A stretch of DNA of 54,233 nucleotides, filler included, from Catajapyx aquilonaris (taxonomy: Eukaryota), in NCBI GenBank assembly GCA_000934665.2. It is 3 parts of 3 records of this genome, joined end to end, with 100 filler letters (N's around TTAATTAATTAA, not from the genome) between each part and the next. Parts side by side here need not be neighbours in the genome. Positions count along the whole stretch, not along the records: positions 18,119 to 36,109 come from JYFJ02006809.1; 2 more parts are not named here. One strand, given 5' to 3'. Positions 23,901-36,209 of this stretch are shown here, one piece after another. The translations under genes were made by a program, and so were the position numbers. Positions within the stretch are counted from its first letter, which is position 1. Each line of letters starts with the position of its first letter. The notes under the pieces are model-generated. The model saw only the letters and a list, made by a program, of their open reading frames with translations. It was not told the origin of the DNA and ran no database searches.

Positions 23901-26900
23901 AGATGCATAAAATATCCATCACAGCCTTGCTACTCGTAACTCTACCACATGCCGGAATGGTGGTGTTCGTAGGTAGGTTGTAACTTCACACCTTTTACCA
24001 CATAGTTCCCTATCCTCCCCACCTCCATCTCCGCTCCGACTCCTCCTCTCCCCACTTCCAAGATGGTTGACATGGCCACCAGTACCCACATGATTTCCAT
24101 CCTCAGCCTGTCCTTTGACCCCAGCTGCATCTTTTCCACCAGGATGACTGCCATTCGCGACACAGATGGGGAAAACCCACGCGGCCTCTCAAAATGTGAC
24201 TGCGGGCCGTCAGCCCATAGTACAACCACTTGCAATACCTTGAGGTGGGGTATCACCTACACGATTTGTTAATATCTCGTAGCAGCTACGACCCGTTGTG
24301 AATAGGATTGGTCGCGCCACTCACAGCAGCAGCGAGTTTGTAACTAACCTTATGACGAAAAACTCATGACATTTTCTGAATCCAGCTCCTGGTTTGCAAC
24401 TGTAGCATTCACTTTTTATTGAAAATTTTGAAGCATCTGTGCACCAAAAATTTTAGCTCGTCAAGTGAAACAGTTGTCTTGCAGATTCTTCCTATTGTGG
24501 CAGGATTCTTTGTTGCAAATTCACTGCAGAAAAGTTGTAATTCTCCTGATCTTATTTTTCACGTGTGGCATTATCACCTGTGTCAAATTGTGTAGTCACA
24601 AGTTGTAGCCAGGCTTGGACCACGTGGCTGAGGCCATGTTGTGTGACTGGTTCACAATGGTAGTAGGATTTGTGCTGTTTTAGGTTCTCTGTATGCAACA
24701 AACCCCCCATGGCCCCATCCCCTTGTTCTGCGAATGGCAACATTGTAGATGCCTATATGGATAGGTACATTCAAGTTCCATTACTTTGCATAAGTGCTTC
24801 ATACCACCAAATTGCAGTGGCATTTTAAATAAAGAGCAATATGTTAAAGCCTGTCAAGTTTCCAGAAACAAGAACATCAAAAGTTAGGGTCCTGTATCTC
24901 ACCAGTCATCTTTGTGTGTGTAAATTTTGAACCGATATGGGCTGGCAGCTGGTATGTAAGCACCACCATTTGCAACTCCGTTTTTTTTCACATATGTTTG
25001 CCCCTCCGGCCTCCATGACCTTAGATCGGCATATCAGTAGTTAGGTGGGGTGCTGCATCGCGTTCCTTTAGTTACTTGAACCACATACCATAAGGCGACA
25101 CACAGCGAATCTGGTGGCGGAACGTGGCGGACCAAGACTCCCAAACCGCCTATTCAAATCTAGTAGGCATGGCACATTCAGCAAGTTAGTCCCCTGGTGA
25201 GATGCAGTAGTACTGTACTGCCTGCAGACCTTGCAGCATCTTCCAGGAACTTGGCAGAACAAGTACTGGTGTGGTTAGCTTATCTGCATCATGGGTCAGG
25301 AATTCTGTTGACATCATTTTGTCTATTGGTTTACTTGTCACTTGGCAGGAGTGTGTATGTTGGAATTTTTTGCTATTGACGTTGCTTTTTGGTTGCCAAT
25401 GTTTCTTTCTTATTGTAGCTTTTTCGCTCTTACCAAGTGGGGCTAAGGAAGAGCTGATGTCGCTTTTAATTAAAAGAGTATTTGAGTTGAAATTTTACCC
25501 TTGCCACACTGTTACTTAAACTTGTGTAATTGGATTTTGTGGTTTATATTTTTCGAGTGGAACTTGCTGAATGACCATTACTTGAACATAATGCAGAACT
25601 TGAATTTATTTCGAGGTCACTAAGGGAAAAGTTAACCTGTGGTGGCTGTCAGCTACATGGGGTTGAGGGCATTATTGAAGGTCTGTTCCCAAATCAGCCT
25701 TTAAAAAATTACAATCGTGCTGTGACAGCTGTAGTGCGAGGGAACTCACTAAGCGATTATGCATTTAAAAGCTGCTTTGTGAACAGACATTTACTCCTAC
25801 AAGTATGTCTCAATATTATGATATCAAGAAAGGTTTATTCTTGTCTCACCAGTTTATGCAGGTGAATTTTTCAGTCACTTGACCACAGTAACTGGTAAGC
25901 TTTGGTTGTAAGTGAATGGGGAGGCTGGAGTGTCTTGACACATTTTCATTACAGGAGTTAATATTTCTCATAAGCATTGATAAGGAAGAATTGCATGGAA
26001 GTTAGTGCTTAAAGAACTGCCTTATGCCATGGATTCATTACTGATTCAAATATTGAATCGTCGGTGATCATGCAAAACCTCGTATCTCCAGCAAAACCAA
26101 TGGAAGATACGAGGTTAAGCATGATGACCAACGATATGTAGTTGAAGCCAACTGAGAGTCAATGTGTCCAGGGCTTTTTAATAACTGCTATGCGAATTTA
26201 GGGGGAATCGAATGTTTCCTTGCAAGTTGAATCACAAGTAGTGTTTTAGTTCCTGCTTCCCACTTGCTGAGTGAGGAGCACTACTTGGTACTTGCTCCAG
26301 CAAGACCTGTCCCAAGCCTGGGATGTCCTACCTACCAGAGGCCACGTTATTGCCACCATAGCTCTCAGGCCAGGAACAAGGAGGCACTTTGGAGCAGATT
26401 TTGAAGTATCATGTTTCCCTGCTAGACAGCCAGCACATTGTGGCCATAATGCGTTCAGGTTTCAACATGCAGGCAGAGCTTCCTGGTTCATGCACTGTTT
26501 TCATTCTGGCGGTGTCACTCAAGCAGCAAGTTTCTTCCAAATGGTCCGTTTGCACCTGGCCTTAGGGTTGTCAGAGCACCACCACCATGACAAGATAGAT
26601 ACCATAGGGCTCAGACTGATACTAGTGGTCCACTAGTAAAAGTTGGTACTGGTTGCCAGGATATTGTGTTATGCTGCCAGGGTTGTGAACCGAACCCTTG
26701 CTCCGTGAACCCAACAACATCGAACCCGCTCCGGAGCAGTAGAGTCGGAGTCCGGAGCGAGCGTCGGAACGGAGTACGGGTTCAAGGCGGTTCCGGGGGA
26801 GAATGGAGCGAAGGTCGGAGCGGGGTTCAGGTTCAAGCCGGTTCAGGGGAAGAGTGGAGCGAAGGTCGGAGCGGGTTCGGAGAGAACGGCTCCGGAGTTG

Positions 26901-29900
26901 AACCCGGTTCAGGAGCGGGCTCGGAGCGGTTCAAAGCTTGGTTAGGTACAACATACCAACCCAACAGGGGGAAAGGCAGCAAAACCGCTGGATTTACTCC
27001 AGAGTATGCATCATGTTTTCATGGTGGGAGAATGACATTTCCAAGCACCCGCGATACAGGGTGTACCGCAAATGTCACATTTTCATGTCATCGCATTTTT
27101 GTACGTTACAATATGTCATACGCATTTTTGTATGCCACAATATTTCATACCCATTTTTTGGATGTCACATTCTCATCTCATATGTATTTTTTGTATGTTA
27201 CAATAATATGATATTGCAGCCTACAAAAATGCGTATGGCATGAAATGTCACATACAACTAATGCGTATGACACATTGTAGCATACAAAAATGCGTATGGC
27301 ATGAGAATGTGACATCCAAAAAATGGGTATGAAATATTGTGGCTTACAAAACTGCGTATGACATGAAAATGTGACATTTGCGGTACACCCTGTATCGCAG
27401 GCGGTGCTTGGAAATGGCATTCTCCCACCATGAAAACATGATGCATACTCTGGAGTAAATCCAGCGGTTTTGCTGCCTTTCCCCCTGTTGGGTTGGTATG
27501 TTGTACCTAACCAAGCTTTGAACCGCTCTGGACCCGCTCCGACCTTGGCTCCACTCTCCCCCGTAACCGGCTTGAACCCATACCCCATTCCGACGCTCAC
27601 TCCGGAGCGGGTTCGATGTTATCGGGTTCACGGAGCAAAGGTTCTGTTCACAACCCTGTGTACTGCTGACTAAAAATGCTGAATACCCAAAGACCACTGT
27701 TTGGCATAATTCCTGCTTACATAAGTACATTGTATGAGAAATACTAAGTGGTATTCCTAATGTTTTTCAGTGAGGAGCTTTGGTACTGAAGAGCGTCCTA
27801 CGGACCGCCCTGTCCCTCCTCGCGATGAGGTGTATGAGTACATCATCTTCCGGGGATCAGACATCAAGGACATACGTGTGTGTGAGGTGCCTAAGTCACA
27901 ACCAGCCTTTCCATCTGGATTGGCAAGTGATCCGGCGATTGTACAGGTAAGTAATGGAATGACAAGTATGTGAGCCACACTGTCTTTATCCCTTGTCCCC
28001 TAGCACTCCGCGCCAACAGCCAGTGGTGGGCTATCGGCCGCATTCCAGTTACAAGCATTCAACAAGCTGCCCTCCTTTGGTCCCATTGGAGGACCAATAC
28101 CTGGGTATGGTCCTGGGCCGTACACAGCTGCTCAGTTAGCAGCTGGACCTAGCCTAGGATTGGCTCACCCGTCCTCTATGGCAACGGCCAATGTCGCACC
28201 TACCCACGTTCAGTCGCAGATGAATGCCTCAATGCCGCAACAACAAGCTCAGAGTGAGTCATTGTAGCCAAATTAGTGACCAAGGGGCAACTCACCACAA
28301 TTCCTCCCTCCAGCCTTGCTCACTCAAACTACTTCTGCTTGTCTTTGCCTGTCTGGCAACTCTTCACTTTTTTCTTTGTGCATGCATAGTTGGAGGAGGA
28401 ACGTTTGTTATAACATGATAAATATTAATAGTGTGTAAGGTGTCCATGAATACTACTTGTCACTAACACGTAAGTGAAGTAGCTGCTTGAATTGTGGAAC
28501 TGGGAGCATGCAGGCAAATCTTATTTGTTGCTACATATGCCAAAGATCAGTTTGCCCAACATGTTTTAACTGATGTGGGAATGTTGGAGGTGGACTATGC
28601 AGTACACACAACATCAATTTACAGGGAAATTAGTGTCAGAATTTTCATGCCCTGCGTGGAAAACTGGTTGAGGGCACTGTTTATCTGGTAGTGTTAATCT
28701 CAGGAGAGGTATTCAACTACTGATGTCAGTGTTGGGAGATAAAAGGGCCACTAGCTATTGCCCAGACAACAAGTCGGCATCTGATGTTGCATTGCAGCCT
28801 TGAAGATTGGCTTTGATGGTGCTATGAGTTGACTATCAAGGCCAACTTTCTGCGCTGCTGAAGAATCAGATGTACAGATTTGTTAGGTGGGCAGTTTTTA
28901 ATAGAAGTGATTGCCTTCAGTTGTCAGATTAATGCGACTTGCATCTCATGATGAGATTCTTCAGTATGGTAACTAACATTGCCAGCTGAAATCTGCAGTA
29001 GTTGTGATTTAGGCGTCGGAGCATTTTGAACTTCAGACTTAGTTTTGGCATTCCAGTAAATGATGCACATATTGGTATTGCTTGCTTTGACCACTTTGAA
29101 AATTACTCAGAACTAGACTCATCGTTATAAAGTGTTATAGAAATGTGCAGGACATGTGATAAAACTTGTAGCAAGGTGACCTCAGTTGCCTTGATTCCTC
29201 CCAATCAACTAACCATGTGGGAAGACTGGTCTGGAATTAAGTGCTGATGTGAAAGCTCCAGGGAAGGGTGAAAATGGGATGTTATGTAAGAAAATATTTT
29301 CTCGAGCCATGGCTGGTTGTACAGTGGTGGAAATTAATGGATAGGCACAAATATTGCCTCCTGGTGGAGTTTTTCCTTTCCATGAAGCAGAGTTATGTAA
29401 AGGGAAAATTCTGCCAGGAAACTTGTGCTTATCAATTAATTTCTACCACTCACTGTATGAATATGCAAACAAAGGAAAATTCTCTAAATATGTAGACTAT
29501 CAGTACTACAAGGATCGTGATTTTCTTTTCATTGGTGTTCATACAGTGCTGGACACATTAGCCGTTGCTGAATGTTTTTTTTCCGTCTGCGACCGCGCTG
29601 CGTTACCTGGCAACCCCGTCCGGCCGGCCAATTCAAACATCAGCATGTGGAGAGTGCTTCCATTGTTGCCACTGTTTACAAATCGAGTGAGTGACATGGA
29701 CGACCCAGCGATGGGTCTCTTCTGCCTGCTTACACAGTATCTGCAGGGATACGCAGGAGAAAACGGGAAAATAATGATATTAGAAGCAAACCACGCTGGG
29801 AAAATTATCCCTGGACTCGAAGAAAGGTTTTCGTCCACAGCACACGAAATATATTCCACCCCTGAGGAGGGGGTGTCAATGATTAAGATCAGGGGTGTGC

Positions 29901-32900
29901 TAATTGAAAGGGCGTCAACTGAACGGATTATTTTGGTTTTTGTGTCTTTTCCGCGTACTTCGACACCTCTAAGACGAATGGAGACCATGCCCCGTATGTC
30001 AGACACTACGTCAGTCTCGTAATTTGTCCCCCAAGACGTCATATCTCAAAATGGCTTCCGCTGTTCCGCATATACGAGTACGTGTCGTTCGCGTCATGTT
30101 CACACCAGGAAGAGATACACGACTAACGTGACACGTACAGGGGTTGGGACACAATAATATGAACACCTGCAACAAGCGTTAGTCGTGTATCTCTTCCTGG
30201 TGCGAATATGACGTGAACGACACGTACTCGTATATGCAGAACAGCGGAAGCCATTTTGAGATATGACGTCTTGGGGGACAAATTACGAGACTGACGTGGT
30301 GTCTGACATACGGGGCATGGTCTCCATTCGTCTTAGAGGTGTCGAAGTACGCGGAAAAGACACAAAAACCAAAATAATCCGTTCAGTTGACGCCCTTTCA
30401 ATTAGCACACCCCTGATCTTAATCATTGACACCTCCTCCTCAGAGGTGGAATATATTTCGTGTGCTGTGGACGAAAACCTTTGAGTCCAGGGATCATTTT
30501 CCCAGCGTGGTTTGCTTCTAACATCATTATTCCCGTCTTCTCCTGCGTATCCCTGCAGATTCTGTGTAAGCAGGCAGAAGAGACCCATCGCTGGGTCGTC
30601 CGCGTCACTCACTCGATTTGTAAACAGTGGCAACAATGGAAGCACTCTCCACATGTTTGAATTGGCCCGCCGGACAGGGTTGCCAGGTAACGCAGCGCCG
30701 TCGTCGACGGGAAAAAACCATTCGGCGACGGCTAATGTGTTCAGCACTGTACAAGCTGGCCTTATTGCGTTAGAGGAGAAGTTTTACGCCAGTCCGACCA
30801 AGCTGAGGTGCATTTAAAAGTGCAACATGAATCATTAGCTTCTGCCCCAACTAAAATACAGGGTGACCCTAAAGTCTGGACACGTACTGTAGGTAATTGG
30901 ATTGTATTTTTGGTTGCCAGTTGTGCCAACTCCAAGAACTCAACAGTTACTGTCAACAATCTGCCAGTTGACACAATTGGAAAACAACAATACAATCCAA
31001 TTATCTATGTGTATAGACTCGCAGTCTGCTGTGTTGCAAAAAAGTCATAACTGCAGGCAAGAAAAACGTCCTTGACACGTTAGATTTGTGTGGGAATGCT
31101 ATGGGGGAAATGGCATGGAATTGAAATTATTTCTGTGAGGAGCAGTAATACAATATTTCTGCACCTGGAGCCTCCACAAGCTGATGGATTCTTTGTTGCA
31201 TGCAATAATTAATCTTTTCACCTGCTTATGCTTTGCCTAGTGTGCTTGTTTGGTATTTTGTGGTGTCAAGATGTCAGTGTATACATGTTTTTTTCAGTTA
31301 AGTTACACCCTGTTGAATGGATAGAAAATAATGTCAAGTACTTGACAGAACTTTTATTTTCCTCCCTAACTTACAGCTGGTGTAATTCAAGTATCAGGTG
31401 ATGGAAATTGAATGGAAACTTGGTGTGGCAGTGTCAAATTCAGCTTTAGTAATCACTGGTACCGAAATGGCTCATGTGACACTTGACTTTAGCATAATGG
31501 TATCCATTCTTCAGCTACCATATTTGGAGCTTATTGTCAAAGTACAAGGCAGATTACGTCGGTGGTTCAGTGGCAGAACACCCACCTCTAAAGGCTGGGA
31601 AACCCGGGTTCGATTCCCGGCCGATGCAAAATTGGCCCGCTCCACTTCCTTGACCAGTTCTCCTTCACCCTTTTCGCTCCATGTACTAAGACGAAAGCGT
31701 GGCTTGGAATGGTTGTTGGTGCAATATAAGCATTTTGTATTATTATTAGTCAAAGATTCAGTTTCATATCAAGATTTTTAAAATGCTCATGGGGGATTGC
31801 GCAAGTTAAGTGCATGAAATAGAATGGAGCTTGACTAATTGGAGGGTTAAGAGAGTGGTCTAGTTTGTGTGTGGAGAGGGCAACAAATTTAGTTTGAAAT
31901 TTTCATTACTGTTAAAGATCACTCCACCACTGATGTGAGGCATTTCAGCACTGCCGGCTTTTGATATCAAGCAAAAGGGGGGCTGTTCTAGCAAGTGACA
32001 TATCTTTTGGTGTAAAATGCTTTATTGCACCATGTAGTTTGGGCCATTTCGAAAGTGGTGAATTTAAAACCATTGAGGATAAACAGTGGGAATGATAAGA
32101 TTTAAAATTACATATGAAAAATTCGCTTTCATTCCTTCAATTGTAGTGGTACTGGTAAGAGTTTTGCAGAGGTTTCTTGTGGGATCAAGCTTATGTTGAT
32201 GTGTTGGTGGTGTCAAGTTTAATGCCTGAGGTATGTGTGTGGTGTGTGAACCGTGTCTAAGCATATGTGGAGTCTGTGTCTGACCCCACTAACAGGGAGC
32301 AACAAAAAGGGGGATGATAAAGAGTTTGCAAAGGGTGGAGATTGGGGGGTTTTTAATCGGGATTGGTCCCATCTGGCAAAGGGCAGGGAACAGGGTGGGG
32401 ATGGGGGACTTGCACCTTGGTCTAGGCTTGACTAGAGTTAAGTTGGGTGGTTAGTGTAATTTGGGTGAACAGAGGTGCAAAAGGGCTGAAGTGCAGGCCT
32501 GCTGGGTCTGTGGGACCTCCTAGGCGGAGTTGGTGTGGGTTTAGGGATGCGCTCGACAACACCCACCACCACATCCTCACGCAAGTCCCCGACTGTAGAC
32601 CAGGGCAGCCAGACTACCGCATCGAGTGGTAACCAGAGTGCTGCACCGAAAGAAGATCGGAAGTCTCAGCCAACTGGAAGGGCAGGTGGGATGACAAACG
32701 TTGGAGGTGGAGGATCATCCTTTGCAACTAACAGGGATAGGTGAGTTTGTACATTGATATTTCTGGTCTTGTGTTCCTTGTGCAGCTAAGGGTTTTGTCG
32801 TCATCTTTGCATAACTTAAAATGGTCTCTTGTGCTGATAAAGGCAGTTTTGACACTCTTGCCTGTTGCTACGAAGTTAACCAAATTCTCCTCATGAACCA

Positions 32901-35019
32901 TTGTTGGTATCACGTGAAAGTGCATCACGATTTTGGAGAGAATCGTGAATGATTCTATTCCTGGAAATGTTTAAGATGTGTAGTATTGGTATGTGATATC
33001 CATTTTTCAAGTTGTTTGCTGAAAATGTCTTGATCTACTTGATTGTCCATTGTAATACCCTATGTGAAATGGATGTCACACTGCACAACAGCATTGTGCA
33101 ATCATCCCAGTTCATTAAGTAGCAGTTTTAGTAAACAATGTGACAAAAAATTGTGCATCATTGACCAATGCCACAATAATTACACGTAAAATATGTTGCA
33201 GGTTTTCCAGTGCCTTGTGCTACCATTTGAAACTTGAAATATTTCCAAGGATCCCTCCCAGGATGGTTTCCCCCCCTTCTGGCTACCACAATTTTTCGTG
33301 GAAGTTGTTCATAATAATGTAGATGAGAAAATGAAACTCAGTTTTGTCCTTTCTGCTTGGATTTTGAGAAAATCATCATTTCACATTCTCAATTTTGCCT
33401 ACCATTTTTTTCTATTTTAAAAGCTCGGCAAGAGGCGCGCTCAAGTTGTTAGATTATTTTACTTTCCAAACAATGGTAGATCGTGACTGATTTTTGAGAA
33501 CCAATTGTTCATTAAAACTGGAAGTAACTATAATGTCCAAAATGCTAATATCTTATTGTACTGCTCCATTTTGACCTGTATAACCAGTTTTGAAAAATAA
33601 TTTATTTATGAAATATTTTATAGTGAACAATATCTACACAATTTGGTGTGAATGCAGTGCAACCGAATTAAAGTGTCTCATTGGAAATACATCTGGGAGT
33701 CAGTGCAATGCTTATGCACTAGGCCTTGGGCAGGGTTGAAATATGCACCAGCCAAGCAGAAGGCTTCAAGTGTGTAAATTGTCTCATTCAAGAAGCAATG
33801 TGTGTTGTGGGAGAATATTTCCCAGTTAAGAATTTTCTCTGGAGTAGTTCTCAGTGTGCACTTTAGAGCCCACTGGTAGGCCATAAACTTGATCCAATAT
33901 TAAAATTCTTGGCTGGAGTTTTATTGACAAATGATAAGTTGTTTTCATCAGGGTCACCTCCATAAGTGCCTCCCCCACCTAGACAGGGTATTGTCTCTCC
34001 GGCATATTGGATCTAAATCAGATGGGATCTGCATGCAGTGAAAAAATGTCCTTAAAAATTTTTTTTGGACGCTTGCCAATTTCTTATCCTCCAGCGTGCA
34101 ATCTAGCTCCAATATGGACGCCCCATAAGGACTACGTGGAGACAATACCCTGGTTAGGGTGGGGGAGGCAACCATGTAGGGGACCCCGGTTTTCATGTCA
34201 GGGGAAGTGGGCAGAATGGGAAGAGGATTTTGTTCTTTTCTAGATGTACTATCGGCGCGGAAATGATACGGACACTTGTCAATGTTCAGCTTAATTTCAA
34301 GTGTCCGTACCATTTCTGTGCCAATAGTACAGCTGTCAAAGATTGTTTTGAGAACCATTGCATTTTACAGGGTGTAATTACTCGGTGGACAGGCTAGAAG
34401 TGTGGAAATAATTATTATAGATCAGTCAACATAAGAATGCAACCGATGTATAGTTTGTGGATTAGTCGGTCTGGAGCCAAGTTTGAGTTTCAAAATGAGC
34501 AATGCAACATTAATGTCATTGTGACTTAGCACAAGAGGACAAAAGTAAAACTGACCAATGCCTTCCAATATGGACATGTTAGTAACATTTCTGTATTCTA
34601 CAGGCAAGGAGGCCAGCAGCGAGATTCTGGTCATATGCAACAAAACCAACAGCGAGGCTTCCAAGATCGATCTCAGAATCAACAGCAGCGAGGCATGGGT
34701 GGACGAGGAGGTGGTGGCAACCAGGGAGGCAATATGGGAAGAGGAGGTGGAGGCATGCGCAGAGGTGGGCCCAGGGGAGGTGGACAGAGTGGACAAGGCA
34801 TGGGTGGTGGAGGAGGTGGCATGCGAAGCTTTGGCCGAACATCACAGCAGCACAGTGGGCAGCCTCAGCAACAAGGTGTACCACATGCCGGGAAGAAAGC
34901 TGATGGTCTTAAGTTCGAAGGAGAGTATGATTTTGAAGGTGCCAACCAAGAATTTGAAGAGTTGCGGAGCCAGCTGAGCAAGACTAAGATTGCATCCTCA
35001 ACGTCAAATTCTACTGCTA
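20924..35019 (+). CDS. LSM14: LSM14 / Trailer hitch / RAP55 P-body protein, 5' partial (3' exons with FFD/TFG boxes are beyond the contig)
   Basis: Exons 20924-21044, 27771-27946, 28004-28253, 32497(or 32545)-32740, 34604-35019, all phase-compatible. LSM14 Sm-like domain [72 protein letters not shown], then DPAIVQ, RSTTP...RKSPT, an RGG-rich tract and the FDF motif [17 protein letters not shown]. Confidence 0.95.
22932..23600. mobile_element. MITE with TA flanks in LSM14 intron 1
   Basis: TIR ATGGGGAA(C/G)TAGCCTT at both ends, flanked by TA. Confidence 0.6.
26057..26135 (+). ncRNA. Pre-miRNA-like intronic hairpin (or micro-MITE)
   Basis: ATCGTCGGTGATCATGCAAAACCTCGTATCTCCA pairs with TGGAAGATACGAGGTTAAGCATGATGACCAACGAT across a 10-nt loop. 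Confidence 0.3.
26678..27658. mobile_element. Fold-back (palindromic) hAT-like non-autonomous transposon
   Basis: Termini CAGGGTTGTGAAC...GTTCACAACCCTG; imperfect 8-bp TSD TATGCTGC/TGTACTGC. The arms are inverted along nearly the whole element. Confidence 0.85.
29544..30749. mobile_element. Fold-back Tc1/mariner-type MITE, ~585-bp inverted arms
   Basis: TA|CAGTGCTG...CAGCACTG|TA. Arms ~29544-30128 and ~30177-30749; the mirror-image ORFs in the track confirm the palindrome. Confidence 0.9.
31556..31628 (+). pseudogene. tRNA-Gly-derived pseudo-tRNA / SINE head with altered anticodon arm
   Basis: The 5' end (TCGGTGGTTCAGTGG-AGAA) and 3' end (CCCGGGTTCGATTCCCGGCCGATGCA) match insect tRNA-Gly(GCC) as recalled. 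The anticodon loop is CTCTAAA, the anticodon stem is bulged, and the first acceptor pair is an A-C mismatch. Confidence 0.75.
33954..34358 (-). mobile_element. Decayed LINE (CR1/L2/Jockey-type) reverse transcriptase C-terminal fragment
   Basis: Motifs KLNIDKC and [12 protein letters not shown], typical of the LINE RT C-terminal region. Confidence 0.65.
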
Positions 35020-35672
35020 GTGAGTACCTACAATATGCTGGAAATAAGTCTTCTAAAATTTTAATTCTACAGTGTGGTCCAATGAGGAAGAAACCTTGCA
35101 TAGAGAAATTCTGCTTATGTAGTTGTTACCTAACCCCTTTGCCCCCAGATACAGCCCTTCCCCCCATTCAACTAGTTTTTCACTTTCGCATACTCGAAAG
35201 ATAAGGACAAGATATTGTACAAATAATAACACCTATACTTATACGTTCATGGAAAACACTACGAATGTGTTTGGAACAAATTTCCTTGTCTAGGAGTCCC
35301 GAAATTAATTTCCAAAAAGATCGCTGTAAATATTGAAATTCGAGTACAGTCGAGTTTTACTATCCGTTTATTTAATATAGACCTCTGTGTTTGACTCGAA
35401 ACAAGTCCCAGGCAAATGATTCCAAAAAATAGTTATATATGGTTCGACAGCTTATTTAAATCCGTTGCATATATGCAAGTTGTTTCACTATCATCAGTCT
35501 CGAATTTTTTATCGCAAAAAGGCGGAAAGGTGCCATTTTTTTAGTAGTTGCCGATGTTACTCCGCACAGTGAATTTTTTATGACACTTCCTGGAGGCCAA
35601 AAAAATCCTCCTGTGAACCCTGGATAATGGCAAATCTTTGTCTATCTAATGATATATTTGAAACTTACAAAT

Positions 35673-36037
35673 CGCCATTTGTGTAATCATAATTAAGTTA
35701 ATTGCACACCTCTTATCTGCTGTTTATAATCCGAATTACTTCGCGAATGTACAATGGCAAGCCAGAAATGTGAGAAAATTACACCATTCTCTATTACACA
35801 AAAAACTTCGCAGTATTTACAAGTATCGCCGTCTATTCCCACCAGAAAGCGGGCTGGGTACTTTTCTATTAATCATACTAAAACAACTCTTTTAAAAGTT
35901 TTAGTGTAATAGAGAACGGTGTAACTTTATCGCTCACAATTCTGGCTTGCCATCGATACATTCGCGAAGTAATTCGGATTATAAACGGCCGAGATAACAG
36001 GAGTGCAAGTAACTTCATTATGATTACACAAATGGCG
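35673..36037. repeat. Inverted repeat, ~135-bp arms (MITE or transposon interior)
   Basis: CGCCATTTGTGTAATCATAA...CTATTACAC at ~35673-35808 is the reverse complement of ~35895-36037. Confidence 0.8.
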
Positions 36038-36109
36038 CTTTTTTTAAAAAATACCCTGTGATAGGGTGGAGCCCTCTTATGGGGGAAGGGGATGTTCCCA
36101 AGGGGGGGG

Positions 36110-36209
36110 NNNNNNNNNNNNNNNNNNNNNNNNNNNNNNNNNNNNNNNNNNNNTTAATTAATTAANNNNNNNNNNNNNNNNNNNNNNNNNNNNNNNNNNN
36201 NNNNNNNNN
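36110..36209. other. Artificial contig linker N44-TTAATTAATTAA-N44
   Basis: Identical in structure to 18019-18118; flanking contigs end in G/C homopolymers. Confidence 0.97.

Noticed and set aside
23860..24260. RTE-like LINE 5' end with an HDV-like ribozyme
   Set aside because: Only a faint endonuclease-like DILCIS motif; I could not build the nested pseudoknot.
26666..27730. 181-aa and 140-aa Gly/Ser-rich ORFs
   Set aside because: Chance frames in the repetitive arms of the fold-back element.
29354..30817. Long ORFs (222, 167 and 154 aa) on both strands
   Set aside because: Mirror images inside a palindromic MITE, broken by different indels in each arm, with no recognisable domain.
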